Sequence record: SRR33789315_101
Length of the DNA stretch: 33,769 bases
Reading direction: 5' to 3' (one strand)
The position numbers and the translations under genes are program-made. Below, one piece after another: positions 1 to 9,338 of the stretch. Positions within the stretch are counted from its first letter, which is position 1. The number at the start of each line of letters is the position of its first letter. The notes beneath the pieces are model-generated. The model saw nothing but the letters and a program-made list of their open reading frames with translations, was not told the origin of the DNA and did not search any database.

Positions 1-191
1 AACACCTTTTTTAAAAAAAGTGTTTAAGTGTCTACATAAACAACAATCTGCTTGTATTTTGTAAAATATGCTTAAAAAATCCTAATTAAAACTAACTAAG
101 TTGTTTATATTGGCGAATTATCCATAAGTAAGTAACATAGGGATGCGTTTCCTTATTTTATTATAAATACAACTTTTAGGTACTCTTGATC

Positions 192-653
192 ATGAACTCA
201 TCTTTAATCACAAACATTATTAGTGTTTTAGTATTAGCAATCGTCGGTTATTTCGTTTTCGACATGTTTAACATTGCATCATCTCCTGCCATTGCTGCCG
301 CAATAGGTATTGTTATAGGCGGCATCGTTTCTGTTTTATTAACTAACATAAAAATCCCGTCTAATGGTGACGATGCAACACAAGCATCTGAATTAAGTAC
401 ATTGTATGTAGGTAATTTACCCTATAGGGCAAATGAGCAAGCCGTTCAAGAACACTTTGAATCACACGGCGTAGTAAATTCAGTGCGCTTAATGAAAGAC
501 CGTCGCACAGGAAAGCGTAAAGGTTATGGCTTTGTCGAGATGGACTCAAAAGGCGCAAATAAAGCGATTAAAAACTTAAATGATTCTGAATTTCAAGAAA
601 GAACATTAAAAGTACGCTTAGCTAAAGATAAAACTGAAGAAGAGCAAAATTAA
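192..653 (+). CDS. RNA-recognition-motif (RRM) RNA-binding protein with two N-terminal transmembrane segments
   Basis: RNP2 LYVGNL and RNP1 KGYGFVEM motifs; two hydrophobic N-terminal stretches. ATG at 192 preferred over TTG at 186 (TAGG about 11 nt upstream). Confidence 0.9.
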   Translation: MNSSLITNIISVLVLAIVGYFVFDMFNIASSPAIAAAIGIVIGGIVSVLLTNIKIPSNGDDATQASELSTLYVGNLPYRANEQAVQEHFESHGVVNSVRLMKDRRTGKRKGYGFVEMDSKGANKAIKNLNDSEFQERTLKVRLAKDKTEEEQN

Positions 654-674
654 TTTTACGTACTTAGTTAATAC

Positions 675-701
675 AAACGCCTACATAATGTAGGCGTTTT
701 T
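675..701. terminator. Bidirectional intrinsic terminator
   Basis: AAACGCCTACAT-A-ATGTAGGCGTTT inverted repeat with a T-run, between convergent genes. Confidence 0.85.
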
Positions 702-723
702 GTATGTCCAATACGCTAAACCT

Positions 724-2157
724 TTATTGCCGAATTAAAGGCAGGTTATCCATTAACTTTTGATTAAAACCATGAAAGCGATTTAATGCCGTAATCAAAT
801 CAGGAGTATGCACTTCCCCCATTCGATTAATCAGGGTATTAATCATATTTTCGTAATCTTGGCTTCCTTGCAACAAGTCTCGACTATCTTCAACAACTGA
901 CAACATTTTATCCAGATATTGCGCTATTGGTTTAACTGCTTTAGCAGGATCACTATTTGCCTCATTTTGGCCATAATGCGAAACAGACTCGTAGGTTTTA
1001 ACAACCTGTGAACTTTCAACCTTAGTTAATTGCAGCGCGAAGCCCGTCAGCTCTTTTTCATCAAAGCCTAACTTCAGAGCCTGGTTGTAGGCGATTTCAA
1101 TGTCGCCATTAAAAAACTCATCAGCTAAGCTGTTTGCATCTGGAACAAGTTGGCCAATCGCTTTTAACTCATTGTCATTAAGTTCACCTGACACACTAAA
1201 ACTAACAGCATTACTTTGATAGTAAATACTATTTTGCTGCGACTTTACCTCTACACTAGATTCTGCAGGTGACTTAACAGCGGCCCCTGCATTAGCCTCT
1301 GTGTTTTTGTTTTGGTCTGCTGCACTGCTATTACCAGTGCTACCAGCTGAGTTAGCTTGCTCAGGTTTGTTTGATTGCGCACCTTCAACAACTTGTTCTG
1401 GAGGCAAATTTGAGGCTCTTGAAGCTGGCTGTTCTTGTTCGTTCACGGCATTACGTTGCTGAATTAAAACTTGTTGGTTCAATTCAAATTTTCTGAAATC
1501 TTCAAAAGACAAGGTAACGCTATCGCCTTCCTTAGTTTTTATAACAAGCTGAGCTGACTGTTGTCGCGCAACTGAAATCTGAGTTGCGGTTTGAACAGTT
1601 TTAGTTCCATTAGCTTCAAGATTTTTATCTTGTGAAAATACATCTTTTCTAAGACTTTCAATACCCTCATCAATTAGCTTCTTACTGTTATCAATTCCGG
1701 TACGAATTTCCTCACTCATTAAGCCAGCAAGATCTTTCTCTGCCATTTTAATGCCCTTGAGCACACCTGAAGTAGCTTGCTCAAATAGCTCTTTTAATTT
1801 GGTTTCATCTGCTCCGCTATTTTTGGCACTTTTTATAGCACTACCAACAAACTTCAAAACATTTTTTGCAACTTCCTCGAAGTCAAATAAAGGCTTAGCT
1901 GTTTGACTCGAATTCTTTGCTGCAAAATTAGGCTTTTTACTATTAATTTCTAAGGTTGTATTAAGCGCATTTTCATATATTCGCGCGCCAAAAGACGCAC
2001 TTGAGCTAAATTTATCTGCGCTAGCTGCGGATTGATTTGCTTGCAAGGCCGCAGCTTGTCGTAAGCCAGAGTCTCGCAACTGGTTTTGTACGCTACTTTC
2101 GCTGCCCAAATGAGCAGGTTTGTCACTTAAAAACGCTTTTAATTGATTAATATTCAT
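724..2157 (-). CDS. DUF5610-like hypothetical protein
   Basis: 477-aa ORF with RBS GAGGT. Motifs LFDFEEVAKNVLKFV and FSVSGELNDNELKAI..LADEFFNGD resemble this Alteromonadales family (recalled, not searched). Central low-complexity Q/S/A/N linker. Confidence 0.7.
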   Translation of the reverse strand: MNINQLKAFLSDKPAHLGSESSVQNQLRDSGLRQAAALQANQSAASADKFSSSASFGARIYENALNTTLEINSKKPNFAAKNSSQTAKPLFDFEEVAKNVLKFVGSAIKSAKNSGADETKLKELFEQATSGVLKGIKMAEKDLAGLMSEEIRTGIDNSKKLIDEGIESLRKDVFSQDKNLEANGTKTVQTATQISVARQQSAQLVIKTKEGDSVTLSFEDFRKFELNQQVLIQQRNAVNEQEQPASRASNLPPEQVVEGAQSNKPEQANSAGSTGNSSAADQNKNTEANAGAAVKSPAESSVEVKSQQNSIYYQSNAVSFSVSGELNDNELKAIGQLVPDANSLADEFFNGDIEIAYNQALKLGFDEKELTGFALQLTKVESSQVVKTYESVSHYGQNEANSDPAKAVKPIAQYLDKMLSVVEDSRDLLQGSQDYENMINTLINRMGEVHTPDLITALNRFHGFNQKLMDNLPLIRQ

Positions 2158-2186
2158 TTCGTCTACCTCACTTCCCTCATTAGTAG

Positions 2187-2213
2187 CTATCGGCAGGGAA
2201 TGTACAATATTTA
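2187..2213 (-). promoter_or_regulatory. Sigma28 (FliA) promoter
   Basis: Minus strand TAAA-N15-GCCGATAG versus consensus TAAA-N15-GCCGATAA; ends 30 nt upstream of the ATG at 2157. Confidence 0.8.
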
Positions 2214-2247
2214 GGCTACTGACAAATAATAGTTTAATACGCTAATC

Positions 2248-2276
2248 TTGAAGTATTAGCTAAAACCCTATACCTT
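2248..2276 (+). promoter_or_regulatory. Candidate sigma70 promoter of trmA
   Basis: TTGAAG-N17-TACCTT followed by the GC-rich discriminator GCGCG. Confidence 0.4.
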
Positions 2277-2311
2277 GCGCGATTTTATGATCAATATGGT
2301 AGGAGAAGACA

Positions 2312-3412
2312 ATGCGTCAAACCGAAATAAATGCCGAAAGCTACCCTGTACAATTACAGAATAAGGCTGAATTAATCACCACATATTTCGACAGTTTCAC
2401 AATGCCAACGCTTGAAATATTCTCTTCTCCTCCCGTTAATTATCGAATGCGTGCTGAATTTAGAATGTGGCACGAGGGTGATGATTTATATCACGTCATG
2501 TTCGACCAACAGAGCAAAAAAAAATATAAAGTTGAAAGTTTCCCCGCAGCTAACCAACTGATTAATCAAGTTATGCACGATTTAGTTAACTTATTAAAGG
2601 TTAACGAAGTTGCTCGTCGTAAACTATTTCAAATTGACTATTTAAGCAGTCTTAGTAATCACATTATTATTTCGTTGCTCTATCACAAAACCTTAGATGA
2701 ACAATGGCAAGAAGAAATGAAAGCTATTCTTGTCAACCTAAGAAAGAAATATAGCATTGATATTATTGGTAGAGCTAAAAAACAAAAGGTGGAGTTAGAT
2801 AAGGACTATCTAATAGAAACGTTGCCCATCAATGGCAAGACGTTTCAGTTTAAACATATAGAAAACAGTTTTACCCAGCCTAATGCCGCTGTAAATATTA
2901 AAATGATTGAATGGGCTTTAGATGTCACTCAAGATTGCGGAGGAGACCTCTTAGAACTTTATTGTGGGCTCGGAAATTTCACCCTGCCTTTAGCGCAAAA
3001 TTTTGAACGTGTTTTGGCTACTGAAATCGCAAAATCATCGGTTGCAGCAGCACAATATAATATGGTCTTAAACAAAATTGATAATGTGACTGTGTTGCGC
3101 ATGTCGAGTGAAGAGTTTGTAGAAGCGCAACAGCAAAAAAGAACCTTTCGCCGTTTAGAAGGCATTAATCTGCAAGAATTCCATTGTTCTACAATTTTAG
3201 TCGACCCACCTCGCTCAGGCCTAGATGACGAGACATTAGGCATGGTTAGCGCCTACAAAAATATAGTCTATATATCTTGTAATCAAGTAACCCTGAAACA
3301 AAACCTAGAGATATTAAGTAAAACTCATGAGGTAGTCAGATTTGCCTTATTTGACCAATTCCCTTATACGCATCATGCAGAATGTGGCGTATTCCTACGC
3401 AATAAAAATTAG
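2312..3412 (+). CDS. trmA: tRNA/tmRNA (uracil-5-)-methyltransferase
   Basis: YRMRAEFRMWH, ENSFTQPN, LLELYCGLGNF, VDPPRSGLD, YISCN and DQFPYTHHAE motifs; RBS AGGAG. Confidence 0.97.
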   Translation: MRQTEINAESYPVQLQNKAELITTYFDSFTMPTLEIFSSPPVNYRMRAEFRMWHEGDDLYHVMFDQQSKKKYKVESFPAANQLINQVMHDLVNLLKVNEVARRKLFQIDYLSSLSNHIIISLLYHKTLDEQWQEEMKAILVNLRKKYSIDIIGRAKKQKVELDKDYLIETLPINGKTFQFKHIENSFTQPNAAVNIKMIEWALDVTQDCGGDLLELYCGLGNFTLPLAQNFERVLATEIAKSSVAAAQYNMVLNKIDNVTVLRMSSEEFVEAQQQKRTFRRLEGINLQEFHCSTILVDPPRSGLDDETLGMVSAYKNIVYISCNQVTLKQNLEILSKTHEVVRFALFDQFPYTHHAECGVFLRNKN

Positions 3413-3416
3413 GCTT

Positions 3417-4007
3417 TTATGCCTGTAAAGCACCATTAACTATAAACCTCAATTGCAATTTAAGCCTATCTGCTAATATTTTTTTACGTTCAGGCGGTGC
3501 ATCAAGGGCTTCGGCACCCGTACTAAAAACCAATTTTACCATGGCCTCTGCTTGCAAATTTGCGATACTACTCTTAAGCCCAGTGGTTGCCATTGTGTAA
3601 TCAGTTAATTCTACATTGAAATGTTGAATTTCACGCAATACTGCGGCTCTAAAAGCAATCGACGTACCCGTATGCTCTCGAAGTAATAACCTAAATACAT
3701 TACTGTTATCGTCAATGAATTCCATGAAAGTTTCAACAGAGGTATTTATTACTCCGCCGCCAGAGGCAATCCTCAACCTAGCTTGACGCATAAGTTGGCG
3801 TAATGCCAAGCCCGCTTCATCAACAAGCGTAAGACCTAATTCATCAATATCTTTAAAGTGACGATAAAATGAGGTTGGCGCTATGCCTGCAACACGCGCA
3901 ACCTCGCGCAAACTAATACTGGATAAACTTCGCTGCTCATCTAACAGTGAAAAAGCGGCATCTATAATACTACGCCGGGTACGTAACTTTTGTAATTGAC
4001 GGCTCAA
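3417..4007 (-). CDS. fabR: TetR-family fatty-acid regulator FabR
   Basis: [41 protein letters not shown] matches FabR; TTG start. Confidence 0.93.
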   Translation of the reverse strand: MSRQLQKLRTRRSIIDAAFSLLDEQRSLSSISLREVARVAGIAPTSFYRHFKDIDELGLTLVDEAGLALRQLMRQARLRIASGGGVINTSVETFMEFIDDNSNVFRLLLREHTGTSIAFRAAVLREIQHFNVELTDYTMATTGLKSSIANLQAEAMVKLVFSTGAEALDAPPERKKILADRLKLQLRFIVNGALQA

Positions 4008-4127
4008 AATTAGCCCTAACTCATTTTAAAAATTAAGTTTACCCTGAAAATTGCTTAGGTCACAGCCAATGTTTTCAAGTAAGCTGACTAGATATTTCTT
4101 GCTTATGTTCAGCGGCAAAGTTAAATT

Positions 4128-4145
4128 AGCTTACAGTTGTAAGCT
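4128..4145. promoter_or_regulatory. FabR/DesT-type operator
   Basis: 18-bp palindrome AGCTTACA-GT-TGTAAGCT resembling the FabR consensus AGCGTACAnnTGTACGCT; 14 nt before the desaturase ATG. Confidence 0.85.
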
Positions 4146-4159
4146 CAAACAAAATTACC

Positions 4160-5302
4160 ATGAAAAAACCTCGATTGTTGCTCATCAATATTGCCATATT
4201 TTTAATTACCGGTTTTATTGCTCTTTTTGTTGTTCCATATATAGCCTTAACTCAAGGTTTTGATAGCGTTGAAATTATCGCCTGTATTTTACTTATTTAT
4301 TTTTCAGGTATGTCAATCACTGCAGGTTATCACCGACTTTGGTCACACAAAGCCTACCAGGCAAATCCAGTGGTAAAAATCATCTTAGCCATTGGCGGGG
4401 CGATGGCACTGCAAAATAGCATTTTGCATTGGAGCTCAGATCATAGAATTCACCATAAACATGTGGACAATAACGACTCTGATCCTTATTCGGCACAAAT
4501 GGGCTTTTGGTATTCGCACATTGGCTGGATGCTCAGAGAATATCAAGTGCATCGTTATAATGACTACAGTAATTGCAGAGACTTACAGAAAGACAAAATA
4601 GTAATGTGGCAACACCGAAATTACTTAAGCATAATGTTAACTGCAAATTTTGGCCTACCGATTTTACTTGGCTGGATAAATGGAGATATTTGGGGAATGT
4701 TGTTATTGGCGGGCGTATTCAGGCTCGTTGTAGTACATCACGTTACTTTTTTTATTAATTCCCTAGCCCACATTTGGGGCAGACAGCCTTATACCGATAA
4801 AAATAGTGCCAGAGACAACGACATACTAGCCTTTTTTACTTTTGGGGAGGGCTATCATAACTTTCACCATATCTTTGAATACGATTATCGTAATGGAATA
4901 AAGTGGTGGCAATTCGATCCTACCAAATGGTTAATACGCGGCTTATCTTATATAGGTTTGACCAAAAACCTAAGACGTTGCCCAGAAGAGCGCATTGAAA
5001 AAGCGCGAATTATTATGCAATTACAACGCTCACAAACTCGTATTGCCTCTCTTGCTCATGGTGAGGAAATAATGCAAAAGCTGCAAGCTGAATACGAAAT
5101 ACTCGTACATAAAATGACAGAATACTATGCCGCTAAAAAACGCATCATGGAAGTGAAAAAACGCGATTTTCAGCGTAGCTATGACAAGCTAGAACTGCAG
5201 CACCGCTATAAAGAATTAAAATTGAATTTAGCGCTACAAAAAGAGAAATGGCTTAAATTAAACCAATTGGTTTATCTGCCATCACTTGCAGAAGATAGTT
5301 AG
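4160..5302 (+). CDS. Acyl-CoA delta-9 fatty acid desaturase
   Basis: Three His boxes (HRLWSH, HRIHH, HNFHH), FINSLAH and DPTKW motifs, TM segments and a C-terminal coiled coil. Confidence 0.93.
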   Translation: MKKPRLLLINIAIFLITGFIALFVVPYIALTQGFDSVEIIACILLIYFSGMSITAGYHRLWSHKAYQANPVVKIILAIGGAMALQNSILHWSSDHRIHHKHVDNNDSDPYSAQMGFWYSHIGWMLREYQVHRYNDYSNCRDLQKDKIVMWQHRNYLSIMLTANFGLPILLGWINGDIWGMLLLAGVFRLVVVHHVTFFINSLAHIWGRQPYTDKNSARDNDILAFFTFGEGYHNFHHIFEYDYRNGIKWWQFDPTKWLIRGLSYIGLTKNLRRCPEERIEKARIIMQLQRSQTRIASLAHGEEIMQKLQAEYEILVHKMTEYYAAKKRIMEVKKRDFQRSYDKLELQHRYKELKLNLALQKEKWLKLNQLVYLPSLAEDS

Positions 5303-5341
5303 ACATAAAAAAGCTGCTTTAAGCAGCTTTTTTATGTCTAA
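5299..5341. terminator. Bidirectional intrinsic terminator
   Basis: Perfect 21-bp inverted repeat TTAGACATAAAAAAGCTGCTT-T-AAGCAGCTTTTTTATGTCTAA between convergent genes. Confidence 0.9.
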
Positions 5342-5355
5342 TAAAGGTCACGTGT

Positions 5356-5667
5356 TTAGTTAACTGAAGCTAATAACTTCTCATATGTCAAATCTTGCTC
5401 TTTTTGAGCAATAACCTTAATTAACATTTTATCGGGAAAAAAAAGCGTTGTTGCCATCGCATTCCCTTGCTCTTCAAGCTTTTGAGTGAAGTCACTTTGC
5501 ATATTTTTAAATTGTATGTTGTTCATTATCAAAGAAGAAGTACATTGGTTATCAACTTCTAAGTTCTGCATATCTAAACAATTAAACATGCTTTTTGAGC
5601 TTACTTCGCTGTGGGCTAAACTGGAACATGCTAATAAAATACTGACTACGACTAAATTCTTACGCAT
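5356..5667 (-). CDS. Small secreted/periplasmic hypothetical protein
   Basis: ATG at 5667 gives MRKNLVVVSILLACSSLAHS, a Sec-type signal peptide; two Cys in the mature part. The ORF track starts at GTG 5679. Confidence 0.75.
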   Translation of the reverse strand: MRKNLVVVSILLACSSLAHSEVSSKSMFNCLDMQNLEVDNQCTSSLIMNNIQFKNMQSDFTQKLEEQGNAMATTLFFPDKMLIKVIAQKEQDLTYEKLLASVN

Positions 5668-5715
5668 AAAAATCACCACTTAACTATTCTATAAATTAAG
5701 GTAACACTGATTTAC

Positions 5716-5766
5716 ATGACGCGGCAAGCTTTTTACAATCACAACTTTATGACATTATTATGACAA
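5716..5766 (-). promoter_or_regulatory. Pho box array (PhoB-type direct repeats)
   Basis: Minus strand TTGTCAT-AATA-ATGTCAT-AAAG-TTGTGAT at 11-bp period, plus CGTCAT exactly 22 bp further on. Confidence 0.7.
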
Positions 5767-5971
5767 TTTATACTAATTCCATAAAAAAACACTTACTTAA
5801 AATATGCCCTCAGGCAATAGGCCAAAACCTCACTATGTAGGCAAAGTAAGCAAATAGAAACTAATTGTAAAAATAGGTTACTGGATTATCCAACAGGAAA
5901 TGAGCATCAAAAGACAGATGGTCTAACTACATTAAACCACCGTTGTATACTGGCTTTGAATTATATCGAGA

Positions 5972-8206
5972 CTAACCTTTTTTCTGCCCAATAAGAAAGG
6001 TCAACAATTGCTCAAACGGCATAGGTTTAGCAAATAAGTATCCTTGCGCTTCGTCACAGCCTAGCTTTAACATATAACTAGCTTGTTCGCGTTTTTCTAT
6101 GCCTTCGGCTATAGTCGACAGGCCAAGTTTATTACCTAAGGTCACGATAGTTTCAGCAATAAAAGCTGACTTACCGGGTGTTATCTCATTAACAAAAGAA
6201 CGATCTACTTTTAAGCGATCTAAAGGGAGTTGCTGTAAATAACTCATTGATGAAAACCCTGTACCAAAGTCGTCAATCGCTACTTTTACCCCGAACGCTT
6301 TTAGCTCATGCAATGCTTCAACCACAATATGAGGCTCATCCATAACAATGCTTTCAGTAATTTCTAACTCTATATACTCAGGTTTAATACCCTCTCGAGT
6401 AATCACATCTTTCACAACATTAATAAATTCAGGATCACGAAATTGTGGCATTGAAATATTCACTGCCATACGTAATTCGTCAAAACCATGTGAAGCTAGA
6501 ACACTCAATTGACGACATGCCTCTTCTAGTACCCATGCGCCAATATCTATAATAAGTCCCGAATATTCAGCCAAAGGAATAAAGACATCGGGAGAGATAA
6601 ATCCACCATTTGAAGTTGGCCAGCGCAGTAAAGCCTCCATTCCTATAACATTTTCTGTCACTAAATCTACCTGCGGTTGGTACCACAATTGTAATTTTCG
6701 TGCCTTAAAATCGCTAGCAAGCTGTCGGATCATATCTAATCGCCATGTGGTCTGCTCTTCCATTTCAGCTTCATAATAGGCGAAGTTTGTATTGAGGTTT
6801 TTCTTGGCTTCATTTAAGGCAATATTACTTTGCTTAAGTAGAGTAATACCACTATGAATCCTTTGGGTTAATCGCACCAGACCAAAAGAGCCTGCAATAT
6901 GTAAAGAGTGCTCGCCGGCCTTTAAGGGGCTTATAAACAGTTCCTGCAAGGTTTTAGGATTAACAAAAAATTCAGGACCAATAAGGCCAAATACATCAGA
7001 ACCAATACGACTTAAACTAACTTTATCCTTAAATGTTTCTTCTAAGCGTTTTGCTACAGACAACAACACACTGTTACCAACGTCTTGACCTAAACCATCA
7101 TTAATATCAGCAAAATGGCTTATATCAATTAAGGCAACCACCTGTTCATGCACTAAATTTTTACCGCTACCAATATCATCGAGCATATTAATAAACTCGC
7201 TTCTATTGGGAAGCTTGGTTAACCAATCTTTGAACGCTGCAGTACGTAATTGATGAAATAAATTTACATTTTCATATCCAACAGAAACACTGGATAAAAA
7301 CACTTCAAGCAATTGTTTATTTACTATGCTGATTTCTTTGCCCACTTCTAAATAAACTGCGGCTTCATATCCAGAACTATTAAGATACAAAACAGAACAG
7401 TCGTGCTCAAAAATATGGTGTTTAACCGCTAAACAACGATTAACAAAATCAACAATTTTAGTGCTATGCAAAGTTTCCAATTTTGTATTGATATAATCAG
7501 CATATTCTCCGGCTGCACCGAGTATATAAACGCCGTCATCATCCTTATCTAATACAGAGCCAGCTCTTGCACATACAACACCACCGGCATCTAAACCGAG
7601 CAGCGAGCTAATTTGGGTGACAACGCCTTCACAAAAACGCTTTACTGAATGTTCTTCCATTAAGTTAGCAGCAGAAATAATTATTTTTTGAAGACCAATT
7701 CGACTTTGATTAATGGATAATATTTGCTGATAGGATCGCAAAGAAGCAATAATAGTCGTCACTAATTTACTGCGAGTTAGTTCAGTTTTTGTTTTGTAGT
7801 CATTAATATCATAATCTTTAATGACTTGCTCTTCAGGTGCGTAACCGGGTTGCCCAGTCCGTAAAATAATTCTAGGTTCTTCCAAACCCATTTCAGAACG
7901 CATAATTTTGGCGACTTTTAAGCCTGAATCATCCTCTTCCATCACCACATCGAGTAATATGATGGCAATGCTGGAGCCCATTTCTCCAATAATTTTAAGT
8001 GCTTCTGCGCCAGAATAGGCGTGCACAAACTTTAAGCCTTTATCATTTACAATTAAGTCTGACAACGCTAAGCGAGTGACTGAGTGAATTTCTTCATCGT
8101 CATCAACGACCAAAATATTCCAATAACCACTTGCTTCTTTTACTTCAGAACTGTTTTCTTCGGATAAAAAAATCAGTTCATCATTTTCATAATCATTTTG
8201 GCTCAT
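5972..8206 (-). CDS. Response regulator REC-DUF3369-GGDEF(degenerate)-EAL, probable c-di-GMP phosphodiesterase
   Basis: REC domain (VVDDD, LLDVVME, LRTGQPGYAPE); GGDEF motif replaced by GSDVF; intact EALLRW, DDFGTGFSS and EGIE. Confidence 0.9.
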   Translation of the reverse strand: MSQNDYENDELIFLSEENSSEVKEASGYWNILVVDDDEEIHSVTRLALSDLIVNDKGLKFVHAYSGAEALKIIGEMGSSIAIILLDVVMEEDDSGLKVAKIMRSEMGLEEPRIILRTGQPGYAPEEQVIKDYDINDYKTKTELTRSKLVTTIIASLRSYQQILSINQSRIGLQKIIISAANLMEEHSVKRFCEGVVTQISSLLGLDAGGVVCARAGSVLDKDDDGVYILGAAGEYADYINTKLETLHSTKIVDFVNRCLAVKHHIFEHDCSVLYLNSSGYEAAVYLEVGKEISIVNKQLLEVFLSSVSVGYENVNLFHQLRTAAFKDWLTKLPNRSEFINMLDDIGSGKNLVHEQVVALIDISHFADINDGLGQDVGNSVLLSVAKRLEETFKDKVSLSRIGSDVFGLIGPEFFVNPKTLQELFISPLKAGEHSLHIAGSFGLVRLTQRIHSGITLLKQSNIALNEAKKNLNTNFAYYEAEMEEQTTWRLDMIRQLASDFKARKLQLWYQPQVDLVTENVIGMEALLRWPTSNGGFISPDVFIPLAEYSGLIIDIGAWVLEEACRQLSVLASHGFDELRMAVNISMPQFRDPEFINVVKDVITREGIKPEYIELEITESIVMDEPHIVVEALHELKAFGVKVAIDDFGTGFSSMSYLQQLPLDRLKVDRSFVNEITPGKSAFIAETIVTLGNKLGLSTIAEGIEKREQASYMLKLGCDEAQGYLFAKPMPFEQLLTFLIGQKKG

Positions 8207-8377
8207 TTAATTATCAAAGACTCCAAAGTAATGCAGGGTTAAATAGATGTAATAATGCTTAACATTAACTCAATATTTACTTGAGCAAAAGACTCCAGTG
8301 CACATTGCTCTAATTTTATGCTATTGATAGTAGCTCAAAATCCTTATTTAATACTAAGCAATTGATTTATTAGTGCC

Positions 8378-8404
8378 TAGATCATTAAGTTTTTATGCCG
8401 ATAT
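8378..8404 (+). promoter_or_regulatory. Candidate sigma28 promoter
   Basis: TAGA-N15-GCCGATAT, one mismatch in each box; it would leave a very short leader before ATG 8416. Confidence 0.45.
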
Positions 8405-8415
8405 CAAGTGAATAC

Positions 8416-9315
8416 ATGTCTACAAAAATAGAAAATATTGGACCTAAGCCTGTTATAACAAGAATAAATACAAAACCGGTCGAAGCACCGGTGAAGCTTG
8501 CTGCAGAAAAAACCGAGCATGTACAAAAAATTAGCGGTACCGGGCGGATTACAAGGTGGTTCAGTCAAGCAGGAATTTATGCGCATTCTAATCACAGGCC
8601 CAAAGAAAGCATTGAGCATAAAATAAGCGAACGCTTCAAATTAAAAGAACGCCGTAAAATTAGCAATCTTGAAAATATATTAAGTAAAGCCATCGATTTT
8701 TGTTTAGATGATGGACCTACCGATGACATAGATCCTGATTGGTTTTTTAGTTTTGTTAAGATGGCGGAAGAAATTCACTCGCCGCCGATGCAAGAATTGT
8801 GGGGCAAAATATTTGCAGTAGAGAATAGTAAACCAGGGAGTTTTTCTTTAAATACCCTGCAATTACTCAAACAAATAACACAGAAAGATGCCTTATTATT
8901 TCGCCGTGCAGTCAACTTTACCAGCCGTCAAAAAGGCGATCCTAATCCAAAATTACTAATAGGGTATAACCGTAAAAAATCCTTATGGTCATTTTTAAGT
9001 ACAAATAACAACCATAAACTTAATCTTGCGCTGTATGGGTTAAGCTACCCAGATTTGCTGGCTTTAATGGATTTAGGTTTGATTCATCATAGTGAAATTG
9101 AGTCTGGTGAACTAGAAAGTGCATATCAATTAGAGTGGCGTATCTCTGGTCAAACTATCACATTAAGTCCCAAATCGAGGGGAATCACCTTAGTCTACTT
9201 TAAGTTTACCACTACCGGCGCGGAGCTAAGTAAACTAGTCAATAGCCAAAAACAAGACCATTATATTGCCGCCATAAAACAAACGCTTTCAGCGGTTTTT
9301 GATATGACAGAATAG
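8416..9315 (+). CDS. TIGR03899/DUF2806-like hypothetical protein
   Basis: NLENIL..IDPDWFFSF..MQELWGKIFAVENSKPGSFSL motifs. Start uncertain (8395 or 8416). Confidence 0.75.
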   Translation: MSTKIENIGPKPVITRINTKPVEAPVKLAAEKTEHVQKISGTGRITRWFSQAGIYAHSNHRPKESIEHKISERFKLKERRKISNLENILSKAIDFCLDDGPTDDIDPDWFFSFVKMAEEIHSPPMQELWGKIFAVENSKPGSFSLNTLQLLKQITQKDALLFRRAVNFTSRQKGDPNPKLLIGYNRKKSLWSFLSTNNNHKLNLALYGLSYPDLLALMDLGLIHHSEIESGELESAYQLEWRISGQTITLSPKSRGITLVYFKFTTTGAELSKLVNSQKQDHYIAAIKQTLSAVFDMTE

Positions 9316-9338
9316 ATTAGGCAGACAACAGGACCCAC

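Noticed and set aside
1-24. Near-palindrome AACACCTTTTTTAAAAAAAGTGTT
   Set aside because: It is low-complexity and at the window edge, so no function can be assigned.
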